64,000 nt of DNA. Source: Alphaproteobacteria bacterium (lineage in GTDB: Bacteria > Pseudomonadota > Alphaproteobacteria > Bin95). The stretch lies in contig CBDBGH010000003.1 in NCBI GenBank assembly GCA_965205265.1, positions 1,120,001 through 1,184,000 of the forward strand, in the 5' to 3' direction. Position numbers and translations under genes: made by a program. The notes beneath the pieces were generated by a model. It did no database searches. It was not told the origin of the DNA and worked only from the letters and a program-made list of their open reading frames with translations. How positions within the stretch are numbered: the stretch's first letter is position 1; every line of letters starts with the position of its first letter. Below are positions 23,158 through 32,573 of this stretch, one piece after another.

Positions 23158-25440
23158 CTATTCCTCCGCCGCCGCCTGCTCGTCCACCGCCTTGCGGACC
23201 TTGGGCGGCGACATGGGCAGTTCCGTCAGCCGGATGCCGATGGCGTCCTGGATGGCATTCGCCATCGCGGCCATGGGCGGCACGATCGGCACCTCGCCGA
23301 CCCCGCGCGCGCCGTAGGGATGCCTCGGGTTCGGCACCTCGACGACGACGGTGTCGATCATCGGCAGGTCCGAGGCCACCGGGATGCGGTAGTCGAGGAA
23401 GCCCGGATTCTCCAGCCGGCCCTTGTCGTCGTAGATATATTCCTCGTTCAAGGCCCAGCCGATGCCCTGCACGGCGCCGCCCTGGATCTGCCCCTCGACA
23501 TAGGAGGGATGGATCGCGCGGCCCGCGTCCTGCGTCGCCAGATAGCGCAGCACCTTCACATGGCCGGTCTCCCGGTCCACCTCGACATCGACCAGATGCG
23601 TGCCGAAGCCGGGGCCCGCGCCCTGGGCGTTGAGCGAGGAGGTGGCGGCGATGGGCCCGCCGGTGCGGCCCGACTTGGCGGCGAGGTCCTCCAGCGTGAG
23701 CGGCTCGAAATCGCCCGCATTGCTGCCGGCGGGAACGGCCTTGCCGTCCTGCCACTCGACCGCCTCGACCGGGATGTCCCAGGTCTTGGCGGCGCGCGCC
23801 TTCAGCTCGTTCACAACGGACTTCGACGCCTCCACCACCGCCATGCCGGTGGCGAAGGTGACGCGGCTGCCGCCGGTGAGGAAGCAGTAGCCGACCGAGC
23901 TCGTGTCCGCGACGATCGGGCGGACGCGCTCCACATCGATGCCGAGCACCTCGGCCGCCATCATCGCCATGGAGGCGCGGGAGCCGCCGATATCCGGGTT
24001 GCCGGTGGCGACCACGGCCGTGCCGTCCTCGTTGATGTTGACGGTCGCAGAGGACTCGCCGCCGATATTGAACCAGAAGCCCGCGGCGACGCCGCGCCCC
24101 TGGTTCGGCCCGAGCGGCACCTTGTAGTTCGGGTGGTCCTTCACCGCCTCCAGCGTCTCGACGCAGCCGATATCGCCGAAGGTCGGGCCGTAGGCCGCCT
24201 TGGTGCCCTTCTTGGCGGCGTTCTTGAGCCGGAGCTCGACCGGGTCCATGCCGAGTTCGCGCGCGAGCTCGTCCACCGCGCTCTCGACGCCGAAGTTCGA
24301 GATCGGCGCGCCGGGCGCCCGGTAGGCCGCGACCTTGGGACGGTTGGTCACGACGTCATAGCCGGTGATGCGCACGTCCTGGAGGTCGTACACCGCGAAC
24401 GCGGTCATGCAGCCGGGCCCGACCGGCGAGCCCGCATAGGCGCCGGCCTGGAACTTCAGCACGGCGTCGCCGGCGACGATGGTGCCGTCGCGCTTGGCGC
24501 CGATCTTGACCCAGACGGTGCCGCCCGAGGTCGGGCCGGAGCCGCGGAACACCTCTTCGCGGGTCATCGCCATCTTGACCGGCCGCCCGGACTTCCGCGA
24601 CAGCACGACCGCCAGCGGCTCCAGATAAACCAGCGTCTTGCCGCCGAAGCCGCCGCCGATCTCCAGCGGCGTCACGCGGATTTCGGAAATGTCGATGCCG
24701 AGCAGCTTGGCCACATAGGCGCGGACCATGAACTGGCCCTGGCTGGAGCAGTAGATCTGCACCTGCCCGTCCGCGGCGTATTGCGCGACGCAGGCATGCG
24801 GCTCGATGTAGCCCTGGTGGACGGGCGCCGTCTTGTATTTGCGCTCGATGACGATGTCGGCCTTCTCGAACGCCGCGTCCACATCGCCCAGCTGGAACAC
24901 CATGCGCTTGGCGACATTTGACGGGGTTGTCGGCTTCGGATCGACGCCCGAGGTGAACATGTCGTCATGGAGGACGGGCGCGCCTTCCACCATCGCGTCC
25001 TCGACGTCGATGACATGCGCCAGCACCTCGTAGTCCACCTCGATGGCCGCGAGCGCGGCATCGGCGGCGGCGGCGCTGGTGGCCGCGACCGCGGCGACGG
25101 CATGGCCGTCATAAAGCGCCTTGTCGCGCGCCATCGTGTTGCCGGACATGTCCTTGAAGTCCGCCGGGCCTTCGCCCACAAAGGCTTCCTCGCTGGTGAT
25201 CTCGGGCATGTCGGCGGCGGTCATCACCGCCTTGACGCCCGGGATCGCCTCCGCCTTCGAGGTGTCGATGGACCGGATGCGGGCATGGGCGTGCGGGCTG
25301 CGCAGCACCTTGCCCACAAGCTGGCCGGGAAGCTGGAAATCGGCCCCGAACTGGGCGCGGCCGGTGACCTTGTCCACGCCGTCCGGGCGGATCGGCCTGG
25401 TTCCGACGACCTTGAGGTCGGGGGTTCCGTCGGGTGCCAT
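23158..25440 (-). CDS. Xanthine dehydrogenase-family molybdopterin-binding (large) subunit
   Basis: DKVTGRAQF, RSPHAHARI, GGGFGGK, AYRAPG, VEGQIQGG, ARGVGE. Confidence 0.93.
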   Translation of the reverse strand: MAPDGTPDLKVVGTRPIRPDGVDKVTGRAQFGADFQLPGQLVGKVLRSPHAHARIRSIDTSKAEAIPGVKAVMTAADMPEITSEEAFVGEGPADFKDMSGNTMARDKALYDGHAVAAVAATSAAAADAALAAIEVDYEVLAHVIDVEDAMVEGAPVLHDDMFTSGVDPKPTTPSNVAKRMVFQLGDVDAAFEKADIVIERKYKTAPVHQGYIEPHACVAQYAADGQVQIYCSSQGQFMVRAYVAKLLGIDISEIRVTPLEIGGGFGGKTLVYLEPLAVVLSRKSGRPVKMAMTREEVFRGSGPTSGGTVWVKIGAKRDGTIVAGDAVLKFQAGAYAGSPVGPGCMTAFAVYDLQDVRITGYDVVTNRPKVAAYRAPGAPISNFGVESAVDELARELGMDPVELRLKNAAKKGTKAAYGPTFGDIGCVETLEAVKDHPNYKVPLGPNQGRGVAAGFWFNIGGESSATVNINEDGTAVVATGNPDIGGSRASMAMMAAEVLGIDVERVRPIVADTSSVGYCFLTGGSRVTFATGMAVVEASKSVVNELKARAAKTWDIPVEAVEWQDGKAVPAGSNAGDFEPLTLEDLAAKSGRTGGPIAATSSLNAQGAGPGFGTHLVDVEVDRETGHVKVLRYLATQDAGRAIHPSYVEGQIQGGAVQGIGWALNEEYIYDDKGRLENPGFLDYRIPVASDLPMIDTVVVEVPNPRHPYGARGVGEVPIVPPMAAMANAIQDAIGIRLTELPMSPPKVRKAVDEQAAAEE

Positions 25441-25441
25441 G

Positions 25442-25921
25442 TCAGGATGCTCCTCGCATGTCGGCGGCCGTGTCGAGCACGGCGCGGATGATCTTGTCGT
25501 AGCCGGTGCAGCGGCAGAGATTGCCGGCCAGCCAGTAGCGCGCCTCCTCCTCGGTGGGATTCGGGTTGCGCTCCAGCAGCGCCCTGGACGCGACCAGGAA
25601 GCCCGGCGTGCAGATGCCGCACTGCAGCGCCGCATATTCCAGGAACTTCTGCTGCAGCGGGTGCAGCCGGTCCCCGTCGGCCATGCCCTCGATGGTCTGG
25701 ATGGCGTGGCCCTCGGCCTCGACGCCCAGCATCAGGCAGGAGCAGACGAGGCGGTCGTCGACCGTGATCGAGCAGGCGCCGCAGTCGCCCGTGGCGCAGC
25801 CTTCCTTGGTGCCGGTCAGATGCAGCTCGTCGCGGAGCACGTCGAGCATGGTCTGCTCGGTGTTGCAGAGGAACTCGACCGGCTCGCCGTTGATCGTGGT
25901 GGAAATGTGGTGTTTCGCCAT
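25442..25921 (-). CDS. Molybdenum hydroxylase [2Fe-2S] (small) subunit
   Basis: GTKEGCATGDCGAC, QCGICTPG, GNLCRCTGY. Confidence 0.95.
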   Translation of the reverse strand: MAKHHISTTINGEPVEFLCNTEQTMLDVLRDELHLTGTKEGCATGDCGACSITVDDRLVCSCLMLGVEAEGHAIQTIEGMADGDRLHPLQQKFLEYAALQCGICTPGFLVASRALLERNPNPTEEEARYWLAGNLCRCTGYDKIIRAVLDTAADMRGAS

Positions 25922-25930
25922 GGTTTCGGC

Positions 25931-26797
25931 TCAGGCTCCCGCGCGCTTGAAGGCAGTGGCGGCCGCGCGGCGCGCCAGCACGCCTGCGACCTTGGTGCGG
26001 TATTCGATGGTGCCGCGCTTGTCGTCGATGGGCTTGCAAGCGGCCCGTGCGGCGGCGTCGAGCGCGGCGAGCGCCGCATCGTCGAGCCTGCTGCCGACCA
26101 GCGCCGCAGCCGCATCGGGGACGACCAGCACGGTCGGCGCGACGGCCCCGAGCGACACTTTCGCCGCTGTGCAGGCGCCGCCCTCATCCAGTGTCACGCA
26201 GACGCCGGCGCCGACCACGGCGATGTCCATTTCCGTGCGCGGAATGAAGCGCAGATAGGCGTCTCCCGTGCGCGCCGGCTTCGGCGGCAGCTTGATCGCG
26301 ACCACCATCTCGCCCTTGGCGAGCGAAGTGCGGCCCGGCGCCGTCGGCACATCCTCGACCGGAACCTCGCGCTCCCCGTCCGGCCCGGCGATGACGACCG
26401 TTGCGCCCGCCGCCGCCAGCGCCGGCACGGAGTCCGCAGCGGGCGAGGCATTGCAGAGATTGCCGACAAACGAGGCCCGGCCCTGAATCTGCGTCGAGCC
26501 GATCAGTTCGACCGCTTCGACGATGCCCGGCCAGTCCTTCGACAGCGTCGCGTGCTCGCCCGCCTCGGCGCCGGAAACGGATGCGCCGATCCGGTAGCCG
26601 CCGCCCTCGGTCGTGATTGTCCGGAGTTCGGGAATCCGCTTGGTATCGACGATCAGGTCCGGCTTCAGAATGCCGGAACGCAATTGGACGAGGAGGTCCG
26701 TGCCCCCCGCCAGCACCCTGGCGACGCCGCTTGCGTTCGCCAGCAACTGCACCGCTTCGGCCACCGTCGTGGGCGCAGCGAAACTCGGTGCGTACAT
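25931..26797 (-). CDS. Molybdenum hydroxylase FAD-binding (medium) subunit
   Basis: LAGGTDL, GNLCNASPAAD, PIDDKRGTIEYR. Confidence 0.93.
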   Translation of the reverse strand: MYAPSFAAPTTVAEAVQLLANASGVARVLAGGTDLLVQLRSGILKPDLIVDTKRIPELRTITTEGGGYRIGASVSGAEAGEHATLSKDWPGIVEAVELIGSTQIQGRASFVGNLCNASPAADSVPALAAAGATVVIAGPDGEREVPVEDVPTAPGRTSLAKGEMVVAIKLPPKPARTGDAYLRFIPRTEMDIAVVGAGVCVTLDEGGACTAAKVSLGAVAPTVLVVPDAAAALVGSRLDDAALAALDAAARAACKPIDDKRGTIEYRTKVAGVLARRAAATAFKRAGA

Positions 26798-26972
26798 CCT
26801 TCCTCCTCAATCTCGCATGGTCGCGCAAACAGACCCGCTGAAGCACCGTTGGGAGCCGGCGAGCCACTCGGATAACGCTATTCTAGAGCCATCCGTCCCC
26901 CTTTGGCGAGTGCGCAGCGTCGATAAGTCGCCTCGGCCCGGGCGTTAACCTGCTGGAGAGATGCATGAAGGA

Positions 26973-27473
26973 TTAGAAGTCAAGAATGGCAGGCTTGTGC
27001 CCGCAATGCTTGATGAATCGCACGAGATCGTCCGGGGCAATGGCTGTGGTGCGGTCGTTGCGCAGCGGGTGGTAGTTGAGCGGTGAGATTTCGAGCATCC
27101 GGGCCTGCAGCACCGGCTGCACGCGCCGTTCGCGGTCATTGATGAGGGCGAAGGGCGTGACGGCGCCGGGGAGGATGCCGAGCACTTCCATGAGGCGCTC
27201 CGCCGACCCGAAGGAAGGGCGGCCCGCGCCGATCCGCCCGCCGAGTTCCTTCAGGTCGATCCTCGCATCTTCCAGGCAGACGACCAGCCAGTAGGCGTTC
27301 TTCCGGTTCTTCAGGAACAGGTTCTTGCAATGGCCGCCCTCCAGCAGGCCGCGATATTCCCGGTTCTCGTCCACCGTGAACACCGGCTCGTGGCAGACGG
27401 TGCTGTGGGCGATGGCGAGTTCGTCGAGGCGGGCGAACAGGTCCTCCGGCGTGGCCGGCCTGGAGGCGGTCAT
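26973..27473 (-). CDS. YbaK/ProX-family aminoacyl-tRNA editing protein
   Basis: HEPVFTV...GGHCKNLFLK...LGILPGAVTPFALIND...HPLRNDRT. Confidence 0.9.
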   Translation of the reverse strand: MTASRPATPEDLFARLDELAIAHSTVCHEPVFTVDENREYRGLLEGGHCKNLFLKNRKNAYWLVVCLEDARIDLKELGGRIGAGRPSFGSAERLMEVLGILPGAVTPFALINDRERRVQPVLQARMLEISPLNYHPLRNDRTTAIAPDDLVRFIKHCGHKPAILDF

Positions 27474-28873
27474 GCCGCTGCTGCGGGCGCGGCGGCGAGC
27501 ACGGCGGCGTCGTGGCGGGGGAGCTCCATCAGCACCGCTTTCAGGCGCCCGGCCGCTGTCTCGCCCACGGCGTCGGCAGCAAGCGCGTCGTATTTGGAGA
27601 GCAGCGCCGCCTCGCGGCCCGGATGGCCCGGCGCACCGGACGGATTGAGGGTTTCCGACCGCTCCACCCGTCCGTCGGGCCCGGCGATCTCGACCCAACC
27701 CGGGTAATCGGCCGGATAGAGGCCGTCGAGTTCGGCGTCGGGCACCAATTCGATCCGCCGGGCGAGTTCCACCAGTTCGGGGTCGTTCAGCCGCTCGTCG
27801 GTATATTGCGCCGGCAGCGCGTTGCCGTCCGCGAGCGCTGCGGCGATGGTGAAGCGTGCGCTCATCTGGCCGTTGAGGGCGGTCCCCGGCTCGTAGTCGA
27901 AGCCGCATTGCACATCGACCACCCGCGGCAGGCCGGCGCGCACGGTCTCGTCCGCGCCGGGCATGCGCCCGAGGCGCTGGCGGAGTTCGCGCGCGGCATC
28001 GACATAGGAATGCAGCGAGCCGCAGCAGGAATAGGGCTTGAAATAAACCTGTTCGACGGCCCATTCGCTGCCGAGCCCGTCCAGCAGGCGCTCCGGCCTT
28101 GCGTCGTCGGAGAAGGCGTCGAGGAAACCGCCGTCGTCGGTCTCCAGCACGCTCGCCGGGCCTGTGAAACCCATCGCCGCGAGTTCCGCCGCCATGACGC
28201 CGGCATGCGCCGCGCGGCCCGGATGCAGGCGCTTGCTCATGGCGCCGTCCGCGTTGAAGGCGAACAGGCCCGATCCCTGCGTCGCGCCAAGCCCGAGCGC
28301 CCAGGCTGCCGCCTCCTCGTCCAGCCCGAGAAGAACGGCTCCCGCCGCCGCCGCGCCGAGCGGGCCGCACACGCCCGTAAGGTGCCAGCCGCGCAGCCGG
28401 GCAGCATTGGGATCGAGAGCGCGGGACGCACGAACCATCACTTCGTAGCCGGCGACGACCGCCGTTTCGATGGCCTCGCCATCGGAGCCGAGACGTTCGG
28501 CGAGCGCAAGCGCCGCCGGGACGGCCGCCGCGCCCGGATGCAGCTTGGCAATGAAATCGTCGAGCTCGAAGGCATGAGCGGCAACGCCGTTCACGAGCGC
28601 TGCGTCGGCGGGTCTGAGCGACGGGGCCGCCTCCCCCCAGACGGTCGCAAGACCCTCGCCACTACCCGGCAGCCCGGCTCCCCGGCGCGCCCAGGAGAGC
28701 GCCGTTTCGGCCCAGAATTCCTGCCGCCCGTGAAGCGCCGCGCCCATTGTGTCCAGCAGGGCGAGGCGCGCGGCGCGGCGGGTGCTCTCCGGCAGGGCTT
28801 CGGGCCGAAGGCCGGCCAGCCAGCGCGCGAGCTCGGCAGTCAGGGCGGGGGTTTCGCTGCGGTCGCGCGGCAT
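27470..28873 (-). CDS. MmgE/PrpD-family protein
   Basis: NGVAAHAFELDD...HPG, GWHLTG, KRLHPGRAA, FKPYSCCG. Confidence 0.92.
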   Translation of the reverse strand: MPRDRSETPALTAELARWLAGLRPEALPESTRRAARLALLDTMGAALHGRQEFWAETALSWARRGAGLPGSGEGLATVWGEAAPSLRPADAALVNGVAAHAFELDDFIAKLHPGAAAVPAALALAERLGSDGEAIETAVVAGYEVMVRASRALDPNAARLRGWHLTGVCGPLGAAAAGAVLLGLDEEAAAWALGLGATQGSGLFAFNADGAMSKRLHPGRAAHAGVMAAELAAMGFTGPASVLETDDGGFLDAFSDDARPERLLDGLGSEWAVEQVYFKPYSCCGSLHSYVDAARELRQRLGRMPGADETVRAGLPRVVDVQCGFDYEPGTALNGQMSARFTIAAALADGNALPAQYTDERLNDPELVELARRIELVPDAELDGLYPADYPGWVEIAGPDGRVERSETLNPSGAPGHPGREAALLSKYDALAADAVGETAAGRLKAVLMELPRHDAAVLAAAPAAAA

Positions 28874-29004
28874 GGCAGGTCTCCGAAAGCAGGGGGCAGT
28901 CCGCCGGGAGGGTTCCAACGGTGGCGGTTTCGGGTGAAGAATGCAGGAATCGCGGTCCGCTCGCAAACCGGCCGGCCGCCTCGCAGAAACGGGAGACAGC
29001 GGCG

Positions 29005-30198
29005 ATGCCGGGTCCGTTCCACGGCCTGAGAGTGATCGACCTGACGACGGTGGTCGTAGGTCCCTATACGAGCCAGTTCCTCGGGGACCTCGGCGCCGAT
29101 GTCGTCAAGGTGGAGGCGCCCGAAGGCGACCTCTCGCGGCTGGTCGGGCCCCACCGCAATCCGGGTATGACCTCGCAGTGGATGCATGTGAACCGGAACA
29201 AGCGCAGCGTCGTTCTCGACCTCAAGACGGAAGGCGGCAAGCAGGCGATGGACCGGCTGCTCGGGACAGCCGACGTTTTCGTCCACAATATGCGGCCCGA
29301 ACCCCTCGCGCGCCTCGGCCTCGACTATGCGCGCGTGTCCGGGATCAGGCCGGACATCGTGTTCTGCAATATCTGGGGGTTCGGGCGCCGCGGCCCTTAT
29401 GCCGGTCGGGCGGCCTTCGACGACGTGATCCAGGCCGGCGTCGGCCTCGCCGCGCTGGAAGGTTTCGCCACGGGCGAGGCGAAATACGTGCCGATGCTGA
29501 TCGCCGACAAGACGACGGCGCTGTTCGCGGCGCTCGCGGTCTCGGGCGCGCTCTACCACCGTCTTGCGACCGGCGAGGGGCAGGAGGTCGAAGTGCCGAT
29601 GTTCGAGAGCATGGCCGGGTTCGCGCTCGTCGAGCATCTCTGGGGCGAGAGCTTCGTGCCGGCCCTGGACCGGGTGGGCTCGGACCGCCACGCCACGCCG
29701 AAGCGCTGGCCGATTGCCACGAAGGACGGGTTCATCTGCGTGCTGGCGACGTCCGACAAGCACTGGCGCGCCCTGCTGGAGGTTGCCGGGCGGCCGGGGC
29801 TGATGGACGACCCGCGCTATGCGACCCGTCCGGCCCGTTTCCGGCACCGGGACGAGATCAACGCCGAACTCGAAACATGGATGCAGGAAAAGACCACCGA
29901 GGAATGGGCGGGGCCGCTGTCGGAGGCGGGCGTGCCCTGCATGCCCGTGCAAAGCCTCGAACAGGTGGTCGCGGACCCGCATCTGGCCGAGGTCGGCTTC
30001 TGGCACGAGATGGACCATCCGAGCGAGGGCCGGCTCAGGTTGATGGCGCCTTCTCTCGCGCTCAACCGCTCGCCTGCCTCGATCCGCCGCCCGCCGCCGC
30101 GCCAGGGCGAGCATACGCGCGAGGTGCTGGCGGAAATCGGCTTCGACGCCGCCGGGGTCGAGGACCTGTTGGCCTCCGGCGGGGCGATTGCGGAATAA
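29005..30198 (+). CDS. Family III CoA-transferase (CaiB/BaiF)
   Basis: LRVIDLT...GP...LGDLGADVVKVE, NRNKRSVVLDLK, AFDDVIQA, GEHTREVL. Confidence 0.93.
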   Translation: MPGPFHGLRVIDLTTVVVGPYTSQFLGDLGADVVKVEAPEGDLSRLVGPHRNPGMTSQWMHVNRNKRSVVLDLKTEGGKQAMDRLLGTADVFVHNMRPEPLARLGLDYARVSGIRPDIVFCNIWGFGRRGPYAGRAAFDDVIQAGVGLAALEGFATGEAKYVPMLIADKTTALFAALAVSGALYHRLATGEGQEVEVPMFESMAGFALVEHLWGESFVPALDRVGSDRHATPKRWPIATKDGFICVLATSDKHWRALLEVAGRPGLMDDPRYATRPARFRHRDEINAELETWMQEKTTEEWAGPLSEAGVPCMPVQSLEQVVADPHLAEVGFWHEMDHPSEGRLRLMAPSLALNRSPASIRRPPPRQGEHTREVLAEIGFDAAGVEDLLASGGAIAE

Positions 30199-30275
30199 TG
30201 TAGTTACATGGTGGTCTTGAATTGTTGGCGCGGCGGAGCATGTTGTCGTCATTGGTAGCGTAAGGAGCGGTTCTT

Positions 30276-30557
30276 ATGGAAATGGCTCTCAGGGAGGCCA
30301 AGGCGCGCCTTTCCGAATTGGTCGCCGAGGCCTGCCGGGGCGAGCGCGTGGTCATCACCAAATACGGCCGGCCGGTGGTCGAACTGGTGCGCTGCGAACG
30401 GCGCGGCGGGATCGATTTCGACAAGCTGGAGGAAGACCGCCGGCGGCTCGGACTTGTCGATGCGCCGCCGGAAGAGGTTGCAGCCATGGAGGCGGCGCTC
30501 AACGATCCTGCATTAAGTCGCCGGGTGCTCGGTCTCGACGACGAGGACGGCGCGTAG
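30276..30557 (+). CDS. Phd/YefM-family antitoxin
   Basis: REAKARLSELV...GERVVITKYGRPVVELV. Confidence 0.9.
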   Translation: MEMALREAKARLSELVAEACRGERVVITKYGRPVVELVRCERRGGIDFDKLEEDRRRLGLVDAPPEEVAAMEAALNDPALSRRVLGLDDEDGA

Positions 30558-30560
30558 CCC

Positions 30561-30971
30561 GTGCGCGTCCTGCTCGATACGACCTATCTTTACAGGTTCA
30601 TGGAAGCGGCAGCGGCGTTGACGGAAAACGACCGCCGGTTTTTCGGTATGCGGGAGCTGCAGCTCTATGCGAGCGCGGTGTCGATCTGGGAGATGCGGCT
30701 GAAGCACAGTGCCCGCCATGCCTCGGGCGAGCGCAAGAGCCGGTTCGATCCGAACGACGTGATTCCCGTGCTGGAAAACCAGGGTGTGACATTCCTGCCG
30801 ATGACGATACGCCACGCGGCGCGCGCCCTCGATACGCCGCTCGGCCACAGGGACCCGTTCGACGAATTGCTGCTCGTCCAGGCGCAGGAGGAAGGGCTCA
30901 GGCTGCTCACCGTGGACCGTCTCCTCATCGGCCATCCGCTCGCGGTCGCCTCGCACGAGGCCGGATCGTGA
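30561..30971 (+). CDS. vapC: VapC PIN-domain toxin
   Basis: VLLDT...SAVSIWE...HRDPFD...LLTVD acidic PIN residues. Confidence 0.9.
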   Translation: MRVLLDTTYLYRFMEAAAALTENDRRFFGMRELQLYASAVSIWEMRLKHSARHASGERKSRFDPNDVIPVLENQGVTFLPMTIRHAARALDTPLGHRDPFDELLLVQAQEEGLRLLTVDRLLIGHPLAVASHEAGS

Positions 30972-31528
30972 TGCAGGACGTGCCGGCGGGGCACATCGCC
31001 GCTGTCGTCACCGACCTGGAGATGACGGCGCCGCCCGCCGATCCCGGCCCTACCGCGCCGCTGGTAAGGTGGCCTGACCCGGACCTCAATGCTTACCGCG
31101 CACTGTTTCGGGAGATCGGCGAGGAATGGCTCTGGTTCTCGCGCCTGTCTCTCCCGGACGAGGCGTTGGCGGCCATCCTGCGCGATCCGCAGGTGGAGCT
31201 CTATGCGGGACCGGACAGGGAGAGCATCGTCGAGCTCGATTTTCGCGGGCATGGGGCGTGCGAGATCGCGTTTTTCGGGCTGGCGCCGTTCATGACCGGA
31301 CGCGGGAAAGGGCGCCGGCTGATGGCGGCGGCGCTCGCCCTGGCCTGGCGCGAGGGCATCGGCCGGGTCTGGCTTCATACCTGCACGCTCGACCACCCGG
31401 CGGCGCTTCGCTTCTACCTTTCCTGCGGCTTCCGCGCGGTGCGCCGGCGGGTCGAGATCGAACCCGACCCGAGGCTCGACGGGCGGATCGCGCCGGAAGC
31501 CGCGGCGCACCATCCCGTCATCCGTTGA
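30968..31528 (+). CDS. GNAT-family N-acetyltransferase
   Basis: FFGLAPFMTGRGKGRRLM; WLHTCTLDHPAALRFY. Confidence 0.88.
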   Translation: MMQDVPAGHIAAVVTDLEMTAPPADPGPTAPLVRWPDPDLNAYRALFREIGEEWLWFSRLSLPDEALAAILRDPQVELYAGPDRESIVELDFRGHGACEIAFFGLAPFMTGRGKGRRLMAAALALAWREGIGRVWLHTCTLDHPAALRFYLSCGFRAVRRRVEIEPDPRLDGRIAPEAAAHHPVIR

Positions 31529-31616
31529 ACGCGGCTTCCAAGAGCCGCATTGCACCGGGCCGCAGGAATCCCATAGACCGGTTTCGATGGACATTTCCGA
31601 ATGGGGAACGAGGAAC

Positions 31617-32405
31617 ATGCAAATATCCATGACCGGGCGCACGGCGCTCATTACCGGCGGCAGCGACGGCATGGGCCGGGCGATGGCGCTGAAATTCGCA
31701 GGCGCCGGCGCATCGGTCGCCATCGCCGCCCGCCGCCAGGGGCCGCTCGACGAGGCGCTGGCGGCGCTCGAAGCGGTTGCGCCCGGCCGTGCGGCCGCTT
31801 TTTCCGCCGATGTCAGCACGGCCGAAGACTGCGAACGGATCTACCGCGATACCGTCGCGCGGTTCGGCGCCGTGGATATCCTGGTCAACAATGCCGGGAC
31901 CTCGCAGACCGGAAAGTTCGAGGAGATCGACGACGCCACCTGGCAGGCCGACCTCGACCTCAAGCTGTTCGCCGCGATCCGGCTGTCCCGGCTGGCGCTG
32001 CCGGGCATGAAGGCGCGCGGGTGGGGCCGGATCGTCAATGTGCTGAATGTGGGCGCGAAGGCGCCGCAGGCCGGCGGCGCGCCGACGGCCGTCTCGCGCG
32101 CGGCCGGCATGGCGCTCACCAAGGTGCTGGCGGGCGAGGGCGCGCCCCACGGCGTGCTCGTGAATGCGCTGCTCACAGGCTATATCCGCTCCGGCCAGTG
32201 GGTCCGCCGGCATGAGGCCACGGCGCCGGACGCCGACTTCGATGGCTGGCTCGCGGAGATGGCCGGCAAGCTCGGCGTGCCGCTCGGGCGTTTCGGCGAG
32301 GCCGAGGAGTTCGCCAATATCGCCTGTTTCCTCGCTTCCGACGCCGGATCCTACATCACGGGCACGGCGATCAATGTGGACGGGAACCGCAGCCCGGTCG
32401 TGTAA
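31617..32405 (+). CDS. Short-chain dehydrogenase/reductase
   Basis: TGGSDGMG, LVNNAG, YITGTAINVDG. Confidence 0.9.
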   Translation: MQISMTGRTALITGGSDGMGRAMALKFAGAGASVAIAARRQGPLDEALAALEAVAPGRAAAFSADVSTAEDCERIYRDTVARFGAVDILVNNAGTSQTGKFEEIDDATWQADLDLKLFAAIRLSRLALPGMKARGWGRIVNVLNVGAKAPQAGGAPTAVSRAAGMALTKVLAGEGAPHGVLVNALLTGYIRSGQWVRRHEATAPDADFDGWLAEMAGKLGVPLGRFGEAEEFANIACFLASDAGSYITGTAINVDGNRSPVV

Positions 32406-32477
32406 CCGAACGGCGCATCGCCCGTCCCGGGGGCAGCTTGCATTCCGGGGCGGGCGCGCGTAAACAGCGCGCGATTT

Positions 32478-32556
32478 CGCACGCGGGCCGCGGCCGACAA
32501 GGCCGGTCCGGTTCCTTCCCGAGGGAAGGCGACGGCCCGCGTCAGGACAAACCGGA
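32478..32556 (+). promoter_or_regulatory. Structured rpsB 5' leader (S2 leader / t44-like)
   Basis: 10-bp closing stem acgcgggccg (32481-32490)/cggcccgcgt (32533-32542) enclosing two hairpins, directly upstream of rpsB where this leader is known. Confidence 0.6.
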
Positions 32557-32573
32557 ACAAGGAAGGCGAGCCG

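Noticed and set aside
23158-26797. Aerobic CO dehydrogenase (coxMSL)
   Set aside because: Active-site loop is AYRAPG, matching neither form I nor form II
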